Virus record (IMG/VR): IMGVR_UViG_3300027996_003878
Source of the DNA: a virus
Taxonomy: Duplodnaviria > Caudoviricetes
DNA length: 64,000 bases
Reading direction: 5' to 3' (one strand)
Shown: positions 47,191 through 57,391 of the stretch, one piece after another
How the letters are laid out: every line of letters begins with the position of its first letter
How positions within the stretch are numbered: position 1 is the first letter of the stretch
The notes under the pieces: model-generated
What the model was told of the DNA's origin: nothing
The model's input: only the letters and a program-made list of their open reading frames with translations
The model's database searches: none
Position numbers and translations under genes: made by a program

Positions 47191-50100
47191 TCAACCGCAT
47201 CCAGAAAAGCCACAATCTAAACATCGAAGGCAGCCATCTTCACGGGCCATCTGGTGCGAGCCACACGAGGGGCAGACATCCGCCTTCTTCTGGCTCTTTT
47301 TTCTTACATGCTTTTTTAACAGTCTAGCTAGGACATTATTTATATCAACGATATTACCGTCTTTAGACAACTGCTCAATTAAATATTCAATAGGCACCCC
47401 ATGACGTAACGATGTAGATATCATTCTCGTAGTCCATGAAAGCTCTTCATTGTCAGCTGACTCAATAATATTTTCTACAAGCACATTATTGGTAACATCT
47501 AATAGATCGTAATGGCCCCGCTTTGCTCTGACCACTTTGCCCTCTGTATATTTTGAAGGTATTTTCCAATTATCATGAAGCCCCATAAAGATCTCATAAA
47601 GCTCATTGTAAAGCATTCCAACAAGAACAACCCACTTAACACCCTTCACCGTGGCGCGATGAATTGCGCACATTAACTCTTTCGGCCTTTTAGGTGATTC
47701 GGACGGGATAATTGCTGTAGGACGGCCATCCTTACTTTTATCTTTATTCTGACTCTTATAAGTCTCATCACTTACAAGAACACCCGTTCTACAGCCATCT
47801 CTGTATACTGTAACCCCCTTACAGCCAGACTCATAACCAGTCATATACACATCGCTAACAACTTCTTTTGTTGTATTGTTAGGTAGGTTAGTTGTATTAC
47901 TTATAGCGTGACTTACCCATCTTTGAGCGGCAGCCTGGCCTTTTACCTTGCTCACCCAATTAATATCATTTGAGGTCGCTTTAAAGTAAGGTGAATCTTC
48001 AATTTCGGTTTTTCCAGTAATTTCCATCCATTGTTTAAATCTATGATGATACACCGTGTATTCCTTCCATTTATCCCCCATAGAATCAACAAAATCAACT
48101 GAGGCGTCAATATCACTAGGATTAATTTTTTTACGTCTTGTATATTTTACTAGGAATGCCGGCTCGATGCCTGATGTTGTTTGAGTCAAAATAGATACAG
48201 ACCCACATGGCGCTGTTGTTGTTAATGCGATATTTCTACGGCCATACTTTTTAGCTAAGCTTCTTATCTCTGGATCTGCATTCCAAATTCTTTTGAGGTA
48301 ATTACAATCAGATTTATCTTCTAATTTGTAATCAAATATTTCAAATGGGCCTCGCTCTTTGGCCAAAATACAGCTGGACTTGTGCGCAGCCAAAGCCATT
48401 GTTTTATATATTTTTTCAATAACTTTTATTGATTTATCAGATCCATAAGTATGACCTAATGCTGCCACCGCATCTCCAATAGCGGTAACGCCTAAGCCGG
48501 TTCTTCGGCCAGCAGAGCAAACTCTTAGAAATTCATTCCAAAGCTTTAATTCAATTTCTTTTACTTCATTCGGTTCAGGATCCAGGGTGATTTTTTCAAT
48601 GATCTTTTCAATGATTTCTATCTCTAAATCAACAAGATCATCCATCAATCGCTGAGCCTTCATTGCATGCTCATAAAACAGATCAAAATCAAATGATGAT
48701 TTATTTTCGAATGGCTTTTTTACATATGATAAAACGTTTAATAATAACAAGCGACAACTATCTGTACCCATCGGGATCTCGCCGCATCTGCGAGTTGTAA
48801 CTGTATTTACAATAATAGATCTGGTTCTAGATTCTTTAATACAATAAACAGTATCTGGGGCAATGCTTTTTCTGGATACTAGTTTGAGAAAAGTTTTTTT
48901 TGTGTAATTCCTTTTAACATTAGAGAGAAGTTGTTTTAACTTTTGATCTTTTTGTGGGTGATTGAATTTAATTAGCTTTCCGAAAGCCTTCCACCCACCA
49001 CAAGTAGTTATAAGTTCATATTGATCTTTTACTTTATAATTAATATTTTTTATATTAGCAGTATGACTCTTTCGTCTTAAATAAATTGAAGATGAAATGC
49101 CATTAGCATGCAGTAGTAGCTGAACATCTCTCAAAAGCCCCCTGTTTGACTGAGCAAGCCTAATAGAGGCATTAGAACGAGATCCCGACTGCACACTGCC
49201 GTCAGCGTAATAAAGTCCAGAAAGATAAAACAATCCCTCTTTTTTTCTAGCATTATTTAATACAAATTCTGGAACGGATAACTTTGTTTCTTTAGAAAAA
49301 TTATACTTTTGCTCAAGAAGATGTTTCAAAAAAGTAGAGCTTATTCTTGTCTTATTACGCCTTTCATCTGTAGAGATATAACAAGAAGATAACTTGCGCT
49401 TATTCCATCCATTCGTCAATTGAACTGAGTTATTTTTAAACAAATTATTGGCAATATCATTTATCAAATGAGTCATTTCATAGCGATGATCGCCCCATAA
49501 GTCTATATGAACTTTATTATCAGAAAATGTCCCATCACCAGCAATAAGGCCCATTAAAAATGAACACATTTCATCATTCGTCATATCTGAACTCAAGCCA
49601 TCTAAAATATCATGCTTTGGAGGTGTGGGCACAGATATTAGAATTTCATGACTTGGTGATAAATCTTTAGCTTCTACCATTCCATCAGTCGTTGCTATAT
49701 GATGATCTGGAGTACACTTTAGATTTTGACCATTACTAAGCTCTAATTCCAACAGCTCAGCAGATTTCTGAGTTATAAACGCACCACCCTCATACTCGCT
49801 ACAAGTCGTTCCTTTTTGATTAAAATCCATCTTCCAATTTGTAGGATCTTCATTTTTAGGATCACCAACATACGAAATACGATTGTCTACAAGAGGAATG
49901 CCTTGACCTTTAATCTGAGAATCTTTAAATTTAACATAACCTGATTCGTCCAAAAATCTCTCATCTCCATGGAAGCAAGGATTAGTTGCACGCTCAGCAA
50001 ATGCAGGATCTTTGTGACGATAAAGATGAGGTATCGAGTTGTTTTTTATATTATCTTCAAATAGAAGGCCAGGCTCCGCCATACCATGCGCTGCATCTAC

Positions 50101-50886
50101 GATCTTACTCCAAAGCTCTTTTGCACTCACCCAACGCTCGACTTGGGGAGATTTTTTATCATCTATAGGCCATCTTAACTGAACATCGTTTTCACTTTTA
50201 ACGGCATTCATAAATTCATCAGATAAAAGAATAGAGATGTTGGCTCCAGTTACTTTTTTCAAATCCTTCTTTATATCAATAAATTTTTCAATTTCAGGGT
50301 GATGACAGCTAATCACTAAAATTAGTGCCCCGCGTCTGCCTCCTTGAGCAACCTCTCGACAGGTATTGGAAAATCTTTCCATAAAAATTCCAATACCATC
50401 AGTTGTTCGAGCTGCATTGTTTGTAGGCACTCCCTTGGGTCGAATATTCGATATATTAACCCCCACGCCAGCACGACGCTTCATAAGTTGGGCTAACTCC
50501 TGATCTGTTTTCAGGATGCCGCCATAAGAATCATAAGTAGACTCTATAACAAAACAATTTCCACTCGATTGCAGCTGAAAGGGATTGCCGACCGAACTCA
50601 TCGGACTCCCTTGCGGCACAATATATCTAAAATTTTCAAGTAAAGAAAATATCTCATCTTCACTCATAGGGTTTTCGTATTTACCCTCTACACGCGCAAA
50701 CTCTTTAGCCAAACGTTTGTGCATATCAAAAGGAGTCAACTCATGATATGATCCTTGATTATCACGAAGAGCATATTTATCAACAAAAACTTTTGCAGCA
50801 AGCTCATCTCCTTTAAAATAATCTAAAGATGCCTCGTACACTTCATTATAAGAAAAACTTTTAACCATTTTTTTATTACTTTTCAA
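47191..50886 (-). CDS. nrdJ: Class II (adenosylcobalamin-dependent) ribonucleotide reductase with intein
   Basis: SGNCFV, GGRRGA, TNP|CGE split by an insertion, TTAPCGS, TTSGIEP, GCKGVTVYRDG, C-terminal Zn ribbon; no beta subunit nearby. Confidence 0.93.
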   Translation of the reverse strand: MKSNKKMVKSFSYNEVYEASLDYFKGDELAAKVFVDKYALRDNQGSYHELTPFDMHKRLAKEFARVEGKYENPMSEDEIFSLLENFRYIVPQGSPMSSVGNPFQLQSSGNCFVIESTYDSYGGILKTDQELAQLMKRRAGVGVNISNIRPKGVPTNNAARTTDGIGIFMERFSNTCREVAQGGRRGALILVISCHHPEIEKFIDIKKDLKKVTGANISILLSDEFMNAVKSENDVQLRWPIDDKKSPQVERWVSAKELWSKIVDAAHGMAEPGLLFEDNIKNNSIPHLYRHKDPAFAERATNPCFHGDERFLDESGYVKFKDSQIKGQGIPLVDNRISYVGDPKNEDPTNWKMDFNQKGTTCSEYEGGAFITQKSAELLELELSNGQNLKCTPDHHIATTDGMVEAKDLSPSHEILISVPTPPKHDILDGLSSDMTNDEMCSFLMGLIAGDGTFSDNKVHIDLWGDHRYEMTHLINDIANNLFKNNSVQLTNGWNKRKLSSCYISTDERRNKTRISSTFLKHLLEQKYNFSKETKLSVPEFVLNNARKKEGLFYLSGLYYADGSVQSGSRSNASIRLAQSNRGLLRDVQLLLHANGISSSIYLRRKSHTANIKNINYKVKDQYELITTCGGWKAFGKLIKFNHPQKDQKLKQLLSNVKRNYTKKTFLKLVSRKSIAPDTVYCIKESRTRSIIVNTVTTRRCGEIPMGTDSCRLLLLNVLSYVKKPFENKSSFDFDLFYEHAMKAQRLMDDLVDLEIEIIEKIIEKITLDPEPNEVKEIELKLWNEFLRVCSAGRRTGLGVTAIGDAVAALGHTYGSDKSIKVIEKIYKTMALAAHKSSCILAKERGPFEIFDYKLEDKSDCNYLKRIWNADPEIRSLAKKYGRRNIALTTTAPCGSVSILTQTTSGIEPAFLVKYTRRKKINPSDIDASVDFVDSMGDKWKEYTVYHHRFKQWMEITGKTEIEDSPYFKATSNDINWVSKVKGQAAAQRWVSHAISNTTNLPNNTTKEVVSDVYMTGYESGCKGVTVYRDGCRTGVLVSDETYKSQNKDKSKDGRPTAIIPSESPKRPKELMCAIHRATVKGVKWVVLVGMLYNELYEIFMGLHDNWKIPSKYTEGKVVRAKRGHYDLLDVTNNVLVENIIESADNEELSWTTRMISTSLRHGVPIEYLIEQLSKDGNIVDINNVLARLLKKHVRKKSQKKADVCPSCGSHQMAREDGCLRCLDCGFSGCG
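48787..49977 (-). mobile_element. Intein (397 aa) with LAGLIDADG homing endonuclease and non-canonical Arg C-terminus
   Basis: Starts CFHGDE after TNP; block B CTPDH; LMGLIAGDG and LSGLYYADG; block F TVYCI; ends IIVNTVTTRR before CGEIP. Confidence 0.9.
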
Positions 50887-51559
50887 AAGAACTATCCAAA
50901 GATAATATATACTCTTTTATTACTTCCTTAGACTCTTGAATTAACTTTACATACTGAGATCTTGAAATACTCAAGGCCGTGAGAACAAAACTTATAGTAT
51001 TTGGCTTATGCCCATTAAAGCCATACGTCATATTTACTACTTTTTGATTTTTTTCAGGCAACGTATCAATTGCTTTTGATATTATTTCCGCCATTTGTTC
51101 TGACTCTACCCTTTCCAAAGCAGATAGAGAAGTTTCAATTATTGTCGGAATAACGTTTGTTTTGTAGGGCCTTACCTCTTTAGCCACTTTTAATGGGTAA
51201 CGAATTGTTGAATGACAATTCGCAGATCTCGACACCCTAGTACTTATATATTTATCAGCCCACCATCCAAAAATACCTTTTTCAGGATCGTAGGTTCTCA
51301 AAGCAAGAAGAAGGGCTTCCATACCATCCTGCTCTAAGTCTTCATGGTTCGAGAACTTTTTATATTTATTTGTCCTCACAGATACCAAATGCTTCAATTT
51401 TATAATACAATCATTTTGTATTGTCTTAATTTCTAGTATTTCATCAGGACACGTTGACTCTTTCAATCTTTCCGTAGCTTGAAGGTAGTCTGCGGCTATA
51501 TCACTTACCTCTTGATTTCTCGCCTCACGGCTTTTTTTTGTAGATTTCTTGCCCATCAT
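50876..51559 (-). CDS. Phage sigma-70-family RNA polymerase sigma factor
   Basis: EDLEQDGMEALLLALRTYDPEKG..F..WA (region 2); AIDTLPEKNQKVVNMTYG (region 4). Confidence 0.88.
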   Translation of the reverse strand: MMGKKSTKKSREARNQEVSDIAADYLQATERLKESTCPDEILEIKTIQNDCIIKLKHLVSVRTNKYKKFSNHEDLEQDGMEALLLALRTYDPEKGIFGWWADKYISTRVSRSANCHSTIRYPLKVAKEVRPYKTNVIPTIIETSLSALERVESEQMAEIISKAIDTLPEKNQKVVNMTYGFNGHKPNTISFVLTALSISRSQYVKLIQESKEVIKEYILSLDSSFEK

Positions 51560-51573
51560 GGCCTTTGCACTTG

Positions 51574-51738
51574 TTAATCTATAATATCATTATCACCAAG
51601 ATCTAATGAGTTGCCCTCTAATTCATCGATAAAAGACTCAATAGTAAATTTTATAATTTCAATATTATCGATCTCAAGTAATACCTTTAATATTTTTATA
51701 AATCTCTCTTTGGAGACTTTTTTATATTTTTTTCCCAT
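51574..51738 (-). CDS. Small hypothetical protein (54 aa)
   Basis: Read manually: MGKKYKKVSKERFIKILKVLLEIDN...; fills the gap between genes. Confidence 0.5.
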   Translation of the reverse strand: MGKKYKKVSKERFIKILKVLLEIDNIEIIKFTIESFIDELEGNSLDLGDNDIID

Positions 51739-51745
51739 AAATCAC

Positions 51746-52066
51746 TTAAATATTCTTTAAGTCATCCGCAAGCTTCTTCTGCTCTATTTTATTATTATGA
51801 TACTTATCCTCACCAACAAAATTAGCCGCAAGATTCTCATCCCTTGCAGCAGCGCGCTTAAACTTCTTAGCATCCGTTTTTGCCTTCGCTATTGTTTCAT
51901 GATGACCTAACGTCACAATATGCCTGCCAGAACCGCCAGATACGAGTCGCTTTACTGTTCCAGAGGCATTGCATTTTGGACAAACGGTAGGAGGACTCGC
52001 CTTTATACTATAAAAGGCGTCCCATTCATGATCACAATTAGTACATATATGTTCGTAAGTAGGCAT
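51746..52066 (-). CDS. FmdB-family zinc-ribbon protein
   Basis: MPTYEHICTNC...CPKC...VKRLVS. Confidence 0.85.
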   Translation of the reverse strand: MPTYEHICTNCDHEWDAFYSIKASPPTVCPKCNASGTVKRLVSGGSGRHIVTLGHHETIAKAKTDAKKFKRAAARDENLAANFVGEDKYHNNKIEQKKLADDLKNI

Positions 52067-52072
52067 AATTTA

Positions 52073-52258
52073 TCACTTTTTTAAAACTAAACGCTTTTCA
52101 ATTATTCGCAGCTCAATATCTTCAGTCCAATCATTTTTGATTCTTTTTTTAAATCTTTCATTTACAATTCTAAAAACTAAAAAAACATCATCCTGATCAA
52201 GAGAATGCTCGACGCGAACTGCTACAGCGACGGTATCATCTTGATAATTTTTACTCAT
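52073..52258 (-). CDS. Hypothetical protein
   Basis: 61-aa ORF. Confidence 0.55.
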   Translation of the reverse strand: MSKNYQDDTVAVAVRVEHSLDQDDVFLVFRIVNERFKKRIKNDWTEDIELRIIEKRLVLKK

Positions 52259-52277
52259 TTCAGCACTCTCGACTCAT

Positions 52278-53729
52278 TTAACTCTCATGCCAACCTATTT
52301 TTTTCAAATAATCAGAAATGTCTATTGCACCATTGTCACCAGCCGGGCCATTTTCAAAGTTTTCAGGCCGGTACGGCTCTTCCATTTCTGATATGGAGGC
52401 ATTTTTAAAATTCTTTTTTAATACATGCCGCCCCAATTCTCCGTCTCGATTTTTAATAATATGATAAGTCAAATCTGAATATCTATACTCGTTCTTTCGA
52501 GTTTCTATTTGAATGCCTATATTTGCATGGTGCATTATCAATGAGGAGCGGCCAATTCTGTGTAGGCCAATCAAATCCGATGAGTCTTTTTTGCCCTTGT
52601 TTTGAGGTCGATTCAATTGAACTGCTGTCAATGTAGCTATGTTGTGAACCCTTCCAAACTCATGCACCTTGCCTGCGATATAACCTAACTTAAGCCAATC
52701 GTCTCCAGAGAACTCACGATCTTCTAAAAGGCCTAAATAATCAACAACTACAAAGTCAGGCTGAAAGCTATCACAAGCCTCCTGATACCTACGCTCAATC
52801 TCCTCTACAGAAGCGCCTCGGGGCACATCAATAATCTGAAACTCATAGGGATATCTATCAATAAATCTTACAGCCTGAGAAAGAGAGTCTGCCTGAAGCT
52901 GATTCAACTTACAATCTCTTAGTCCGTAAATTGGAACATCCGCCAGTCTAGACATCGTTCTTCTTGCGCAGGCCTCATACGGCATTTCTAATGAAAAGTA
53001 TAAACAATTATATCCCTTTCCAAAATTTTCCGAATCAGTATATATTGTGTTCTGCTGCATCCACATTTGAATTGCCATGTTATTGAGAAACATACTTTTA
53101 CCGCCCCCGGTTTCAGCGGCTACTATAACCATTTCTCCAGGGCAAATTCCATTTTTTATATAGTCTAAAAAAGAATAGCCGGTCAGGATTCCTCTGCCCT
53201 TTTCCTCCTCACTTGCTTTTTGAAAATATTCAAGTTTAAACCGAGGCATATAAGCCTTCAAGGTCTCTTGCTTGAATACCTTCTTCTTCCCTTTCCTAAT
53301 CTCTTTTAAGTTGACAATTTCTGACTGTAAACTTTTAATAATTTTATCGTGATTTAAAGAAGCATCACTAAGATTTGTATTAGATAAAGAATTTCTTAGA
53401 TTGTTTATTACTCTATTGCTATATTTGTTCTTTAACTGATCTAAGTAAAATCCAAAATCAGAATCACTATAATCAACAGAATCTAAAACACTCCAGACAT
53501 TCAAAAAGTTATCAACTATATCTTGTCGCTCTTTAAATCTTGATTCTAGAACCTTGCGAGAGGGAACTTCCTTATAAGCTTTTGCAAAGCTTAATATTGA
53601 CTTTGCGAACAAATAATATTCTTTAGAGAACAAGTTCTCATTGTAAGCGTCTAAGAAGTCAAGCGCGCGACGTTTATTTGTGGTAAGCGCTTTTAAAACT
53701 TGTAACTCACATTGGTCTGACTCAAGCAA
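52278..53729 (-). CDS. DnaB-like replicative helicase
   Basis: AAETGGGKS, FSLEM, VVVDYLGL, QLNR, IIKNRDG. Confidence 0.92.
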   Translation of the reverse strand: MLESDQCELQVLKALTTNKRRALDFLDAYNENLFSKEYYLFAKSILSFAKAYKEVPSRKVLESRFKERQDIVDNFLNVWSVLDSVDYSDSDFGFYLDQLKNKYSNRVINNLRNSLSNTNLSDASLNHDKIIKSLQSEIVNLKEIRKGKKKVFKQETLKAYMPRFKLEYFQKASEEEKGRGILTGYSFLDYIKNGICPGEMVIVAAETGGGKSMFLNNMAIQMWMQQNTIYTDSENFGKGYNCLYFSLEMPYEACARRTMSRLADVPIYGLRDCKLNQLQADSLSQAVRFIDRYPYEFQIIDVPRGASVEEIERRYQEACDSFQPDFVVVDYLGLLEDREFSGDDWLKLGYIAGKVHEFGRVHNIATLTAVQLNRPQNKGKKDSSDLIGLHRIGRSSLIMHHANIGIQIETRKNEYRYSDLTYHIIKNRDGELGRHVLKKNFKNASISEMEEPYRPENFENGPAGDNGAIDISDYLKKIGWHES

Positions 53730-53730
53730 C

Positions 53731-54486
53731 TTAACGACCCTCTTTTCTAAAGTCTTTTCCTAGCACTGGAATCATACTTACGTAATTCATCAAGCTAGAT
53801 AAGCTTAGCCCTATAGAGCCCTCAAAAGAGCCGGCTATATTTGGAGAATTTGTACACATAAAGATCGGTAATTTATTTTGAGCCCTACACCTAAAAACGT
53901 CTTCCATGATTCTACCAAAAAGATCAGACGACGAAGCTGTCGGCATAAAGCGCGGATCAAACTCATCTATTACTAGAAAATCAACCATTAATAACTCATT
54001 ACGAGCAGACATTTTATTCGAAGAATCATTGTAAATAAGATGGTTAACAATATCATTTACAGTTACATAAAGTGAAGAGAAGCCCCTCTCAACAGCTCTC
54101 TTTAAAATATTCGTGCAGGCAAATGTCTTACCAACCCCATGCGGCCCAGCAAAGCAAACGCAAACGCCGTCAGAATAAGCTTTATCGAAATCACTAGTAA
54201 CTTTATTATAATAATTTAATAAAGTTGGATCTCCTTTAAAATCACGGCTCATTTCTAGCTTCCAATATGACAATGGAATATTGCTTTGTGCATATCTGGA
54301 CAAAGCAGTATTAATTATCATGCACTTTTCACATGCCGAATCTAAAGATGCTGAATTTGATTTGCAGCTGTCACATTCCTTTAAAGTCGCAGACAGCTCA
54401 TGAATCACTTTTCTTTGCGGGATCGTTACGAGAACTCCACTTTGAAAAACTTGGGTAGCCATAATTTGCTTGATTTGGTGCGGCAT
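53731..54486 (-). CDS. DnaC/IstB-like AAA+ helicase loader
   Basis: N-terminal Cys cluster, Walker A GPHGVGKT, Walker B LVIDE, CTN. Confidence 0.85.
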   Translation of the reverse strand: MPHQIKQIMATQVFQSGVLVTIPQRKVIHELSATLKECDSCKSNSASLDSACEKCMIINTALSRYAQSNIPLSYWKLEMSRDFKGDPTLLNYYNKVTSDFDKAYSDGVCVCFAGPHGVGKTFACTNILKRAVERGFSSLYVTVNDIVNHLIYNDSSNKMSARNELLMVDFLVIDEFDPRFMPTASSSDLFGRIMEDVFRCRAQNKLPIFMCTNSPNIAGSFEGSIGLSLSSLMNYVSMIPVLGKDFRKEGR

Positions 54487-54832
54487 GCATATGCCGCTTT
54501 AGATCGTTTATAATATTTTGTTTTCTAGACAATAAAAGATCTTCAAATTTATCTTTATTTTCACTCAATTCTTGAAAATCATTAATAGACTGCTTTTCTA
54601 CATATTCTCTTTCCTGCACTCTATCTTCATCTATAGGTTCAGAACAAACGCTAGCAATCGAAGAAAATACGTTTGTCATTATTATATTTTCATGACAATT
54701 ATTTATAATAAGAACATTGTCGCTATTCAAAGATTTTAATATTGATTTGCCATCAGACCATTCGACCACAATACCTTCAGCAGAAAGGCCGTTTTTCAAG
54801 AAAATTTTAACTTTTTTTCCAATCAATTTCAT
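54398..54832 (-). CDS. Hypothetical protein, possible Sm/Hfq-like N-terminal domain
   Basis: LIGKKVKIFLKNGLSAEGIVVEW resembles the Sm1 motif. Confidence 0.45.
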   Translation of the reverse strand: MKLIGKKVKIFLKNGLSAEGIVVEWSDGKSILKSLNSDNVLIINNCHENIIMTNVFSSIASVCSEPIDEDRVQEREYVEKQSINDFQELSENKDKFEDLLLSRKQNIINDLKRHMHAAPNQANYGYPSFSKWSSRNDPAKKSDS

Positions 54833-55092
54833 TAGAATCCAGACCTACACTTGTAACACAAATAAGTTCCATCTTTTTGATTTGGCTTAGTTATGTAAGA
54901 GTTAAAAAAATTGCATTTCACGCAATGCATGCCACCATTATATTTTTTTTCAACAACCTCATCATCTACATAATCTGAAAAGTCATCTATAAAATGGTAC
55001 TCTTCTCCAGACTCATCTACATACCCCGGATAAACACAGGGGTAACAAAAGCCAGGATCAGAGTCAGATGGAGGCGGGGCACTATCACTCAT
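54832..55092 (-). CDS. Small zinc-finger protein
   Basis: CVKC...CYKC. Confidence 0.65.
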   Translation of the reverse strand: MSDSAPPPSDSDPGFCYPCVYPGYVDESGEEYHFIDDFSDYVDDEVVEKKYNGGMHCVKCNFFNSYITKPNQKDGTYLCYKCRSGF

Positions 55093-55094
55093 GA

Positions 55095-55679
55095 CTATAC
55101 AATTGTCTTTAAAACATCGTCCTCAAAGCCTATTGCATGCAATTGATCAAAGAGCTGCTTATACTGACCAAGAGCCGAAGGCCCAGAGTAACTCAATGCC
55201 TGCTTGGCAAACGCTAAGTCACCATAAGTTCTAACAGGCAATCCCAAATTAGATACAATTAGTTGATAGTCCGGCGGAAGCTCTGTCGCCTTTGATATTT
55301 TTTGCATCTCCGCTCGGTATGCAAAAAACTCATTAGCCAAACCATTTTGTAAAAAGAAAGATAATTTCCTAATTTTTATATTTTTTGGAATAAGCTTAAA
55401 ATCATACACCCAATCAATATATTCTTTAATTGTGCGTGGGTTTGAAGTATTTAACATCCAATAAATTCTTTTAACTAAAACAATTTCAGTACATTTAGAT
55501 GGCGGCCCTTGAAAGGAATAACAAAAATTACGGTTATAGGCCTCTTCAAATCTTTTAACAATATAAGCCAACATATGAACCTCCTTCCATTGAGAGGTTC
55601 TTAAAACTTCAATATCTTTAAACTTTAAAAAGAATTTTTGCCAAGGTTTAGATAAAGTCGTTGCCGTCATGTCTGTCAC
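55095..55679 (-). CDS. Hypothetical protein in the replication cluster
   Basis: 194-aa ORF between the helicase and the loader. Confidence 0.65.
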   Translation of the reverse strand: MTDMTATTLSKPWQKFFLKFKDIEVLRTSQWKEVHMLAYIVKRFEEAYNRNFCYSFQGPPSKCTEIVLVKRIYWMLNTSNPRTIKEYIDWVYDFKLIPKNIKIRKLSFFLQNGLANEFFAYRAEMQKISKATELPPDYQLIVSNLGLPVRTYGDLAFAKQALSYSGPSALGQYKQLFDQLHAIGFEDDVLKTIV

Positions 55680-55684
55680 CGCAC

Positions 55685-57148
55685 TTAAATTACAGTAAAG
55701 CCTTTCTCGCTAGAATATATTTTCTTTCGCTCTTTTGAGTGCTTACTTAAGTAATGAACATCATCATAAAAATCTATTACAGCTGCTCGTTTTTTGCCTT
55801 TCCAAGGGCGGATTACTCGACCTATTCTTTGTAGCGCACGAACTGAACTCTTCCCCGCACCTGCTAAAATTAACCCGGATAAAGCAGGCATATCCACACC
55901 AATATCAAATATCGTTGAGGCAATTATACAATTCACCTCACCACTTTCTAATCTTTCTTTTGCTTTATTTCTAGCATCAATGGAGTCTTTTCCGCTTAAT
56001 AAGATACAAGGAAGCTCTTCAGATATTTTTTTATACAATATTTTTCCATGTGCAATTTGTGTGTAAAGAACTAAAACTTTGTAATTTTTATCAACAAGAA
56101 TTTTAGCCCACTGAGATACCAATGAATTTCTAATATCATTTTCGACAACATATTTTTTATAAATATGAGGGTATTTTTTGGTAAGCTTTTCTTTGTACTT
56201 TGGAACTTTTACAAATTTAATCAGAGGGGGCACCAAGTATCCTTGATCAATAAGTGGGCTGGCCGATATATCAACGATTTTCGAACCAAAAATTGACTCT
56301 ATAAGCAAGTCACTTCCATCGTCGCGCCAAGGGCTTGCACTCATTCCATAAATATATTCTGGATTTATATTTTTATAAATCTCTTGAATAGTATTACAAG
56401 AGGACATGTGGCACTCATCAAAAATGTTCAACTTAACAGTTTTCATGAGCTTTCTTATGTCATTATACTTGCTATCACCTAAAGATTTTTCTTTGCCAAT
56501 CTTATCTGTTGTAATCTGAGACTTTAACCCTATGGCCTGTCCAATAGTCCAAACACTTACAATATTAATTTTTTTAATCTCGCAAAGTCCGTCTCCAATT
56601 ACCCCAACATCTTCATCAAAAACTTCATTAAAAAAATTGTGAAATTGATAAAGAAGATCTGTGCCAATGACATAAATAAAAGTCGGCTTCCCAAAGTAAG
56701 CCGTGATCATAGCGGCCATAAGTGATTTTCCGCTACCAGTGGCTGACCTTATAACTCCGCAATCCTTATCCTTCACAACGCTAAGCACATCGTTTTGATA
56801 AGGCCTTGGTTCTTTTTTAATTTTCAATAAATTATCATGTATATCAATTGAATTAATTGGCGTCTTCGGCGTTCTTCTGTCTTCAATGATTAAACTCTTA
56901 CCGGCGTCGCTGTAAAAGTCTCTAACTCTATCCAAAAGTCCATATGGAAAAGTCAACCGCTTGGTTAATATACGATGTATTCCATCCCACCTTACAAAAG
57001 AACCATTCTTATAATAACCTTTGTACGCTTTGGTGTATTTCGCCCCCTGTACGTGAAATGATAGCTCATCGTCCAAAGATCGAATAAAAGTTATATCAGG
57101 CTCTTCTTCTATAGCGCAGCCATCTTTATTTATAATTATTTTAGACAT
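55685..57148 (-). CDS. SF2 helicase (ResIII/UvsW-like)
   Basis: RPYQ, ATGSGKS, DECH, SASP, GVDMP, QRIGRVIR. Confidence 0.92.
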   Translation of the reverse strand: MSKIIINKDGCAIEEEPDITFIRSLDDELSFHVQGAKYTKAYKGYYKNGSFVRWDGIHRILTKRLTFPYGLLDRVRDFYSDAGKSLIIEDRRTPKTPINSIDIHDNLLKIKKEPRPYQNDVLSVVKDKDCGVIRSATGSGKSLMAAMITAYFGKPTFIYVIGTDLLYQFHNFFNEVFDEDVGVIGDGLCEIKKINIVSVWTIGQAIGLKSQITTDKIGKEKSLGDSKYNDIRKLMKTVKLNIFDECHMSSCNTIQEIYKNINPEYIYGMSASPWRDDGSDLLIESIFGSKIVDISASPLIDQGYLVPPLIKFVKVPKYKEKLTKKYPHIYKKYVVENDIRNSLVSQWAKILVDKNYKVLVLYTQIAHGKILYKKISEELPCILLSGKDSIDARNKAKERLESGEVNCIIASTIFDIGVDMPALSGLILAGAGKSSVRALQRIGRVIRPWKGKKRAAVIDFYDDVHYLSKHSKERKKIYSSEKGFTVI

Positions 57149-57156
57149 AAAACTAC

Positions 57157-57194
57157 AAACTCACGGTTGCTGAATAACTAGCAACCGTGAGTTT
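57157..57194 (-). terminator. Hairpin downstream of the tubulin gene
   Basis: AAACTCACGGTTGCT...AGCAACCGTGAGTTT. Confidence 0.65.
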
Positions 57195-57391
57195 TATTTT
57201 TGAACAACTAATGCCTCTAGCTAGGCGCTTCAGGGTACATAAAAGATTGATCGTCATATATTACAACGCGATTCTTTTTTGCAACAAATCTATATAAGTT
57301 AGTATTTGTATTATTTTTCTTATCCTCTGATTTTTTATTCAGAGTTTTCTTATTATGAAGCTTATTCATGCACTTAAAAGCTGATAATTTA

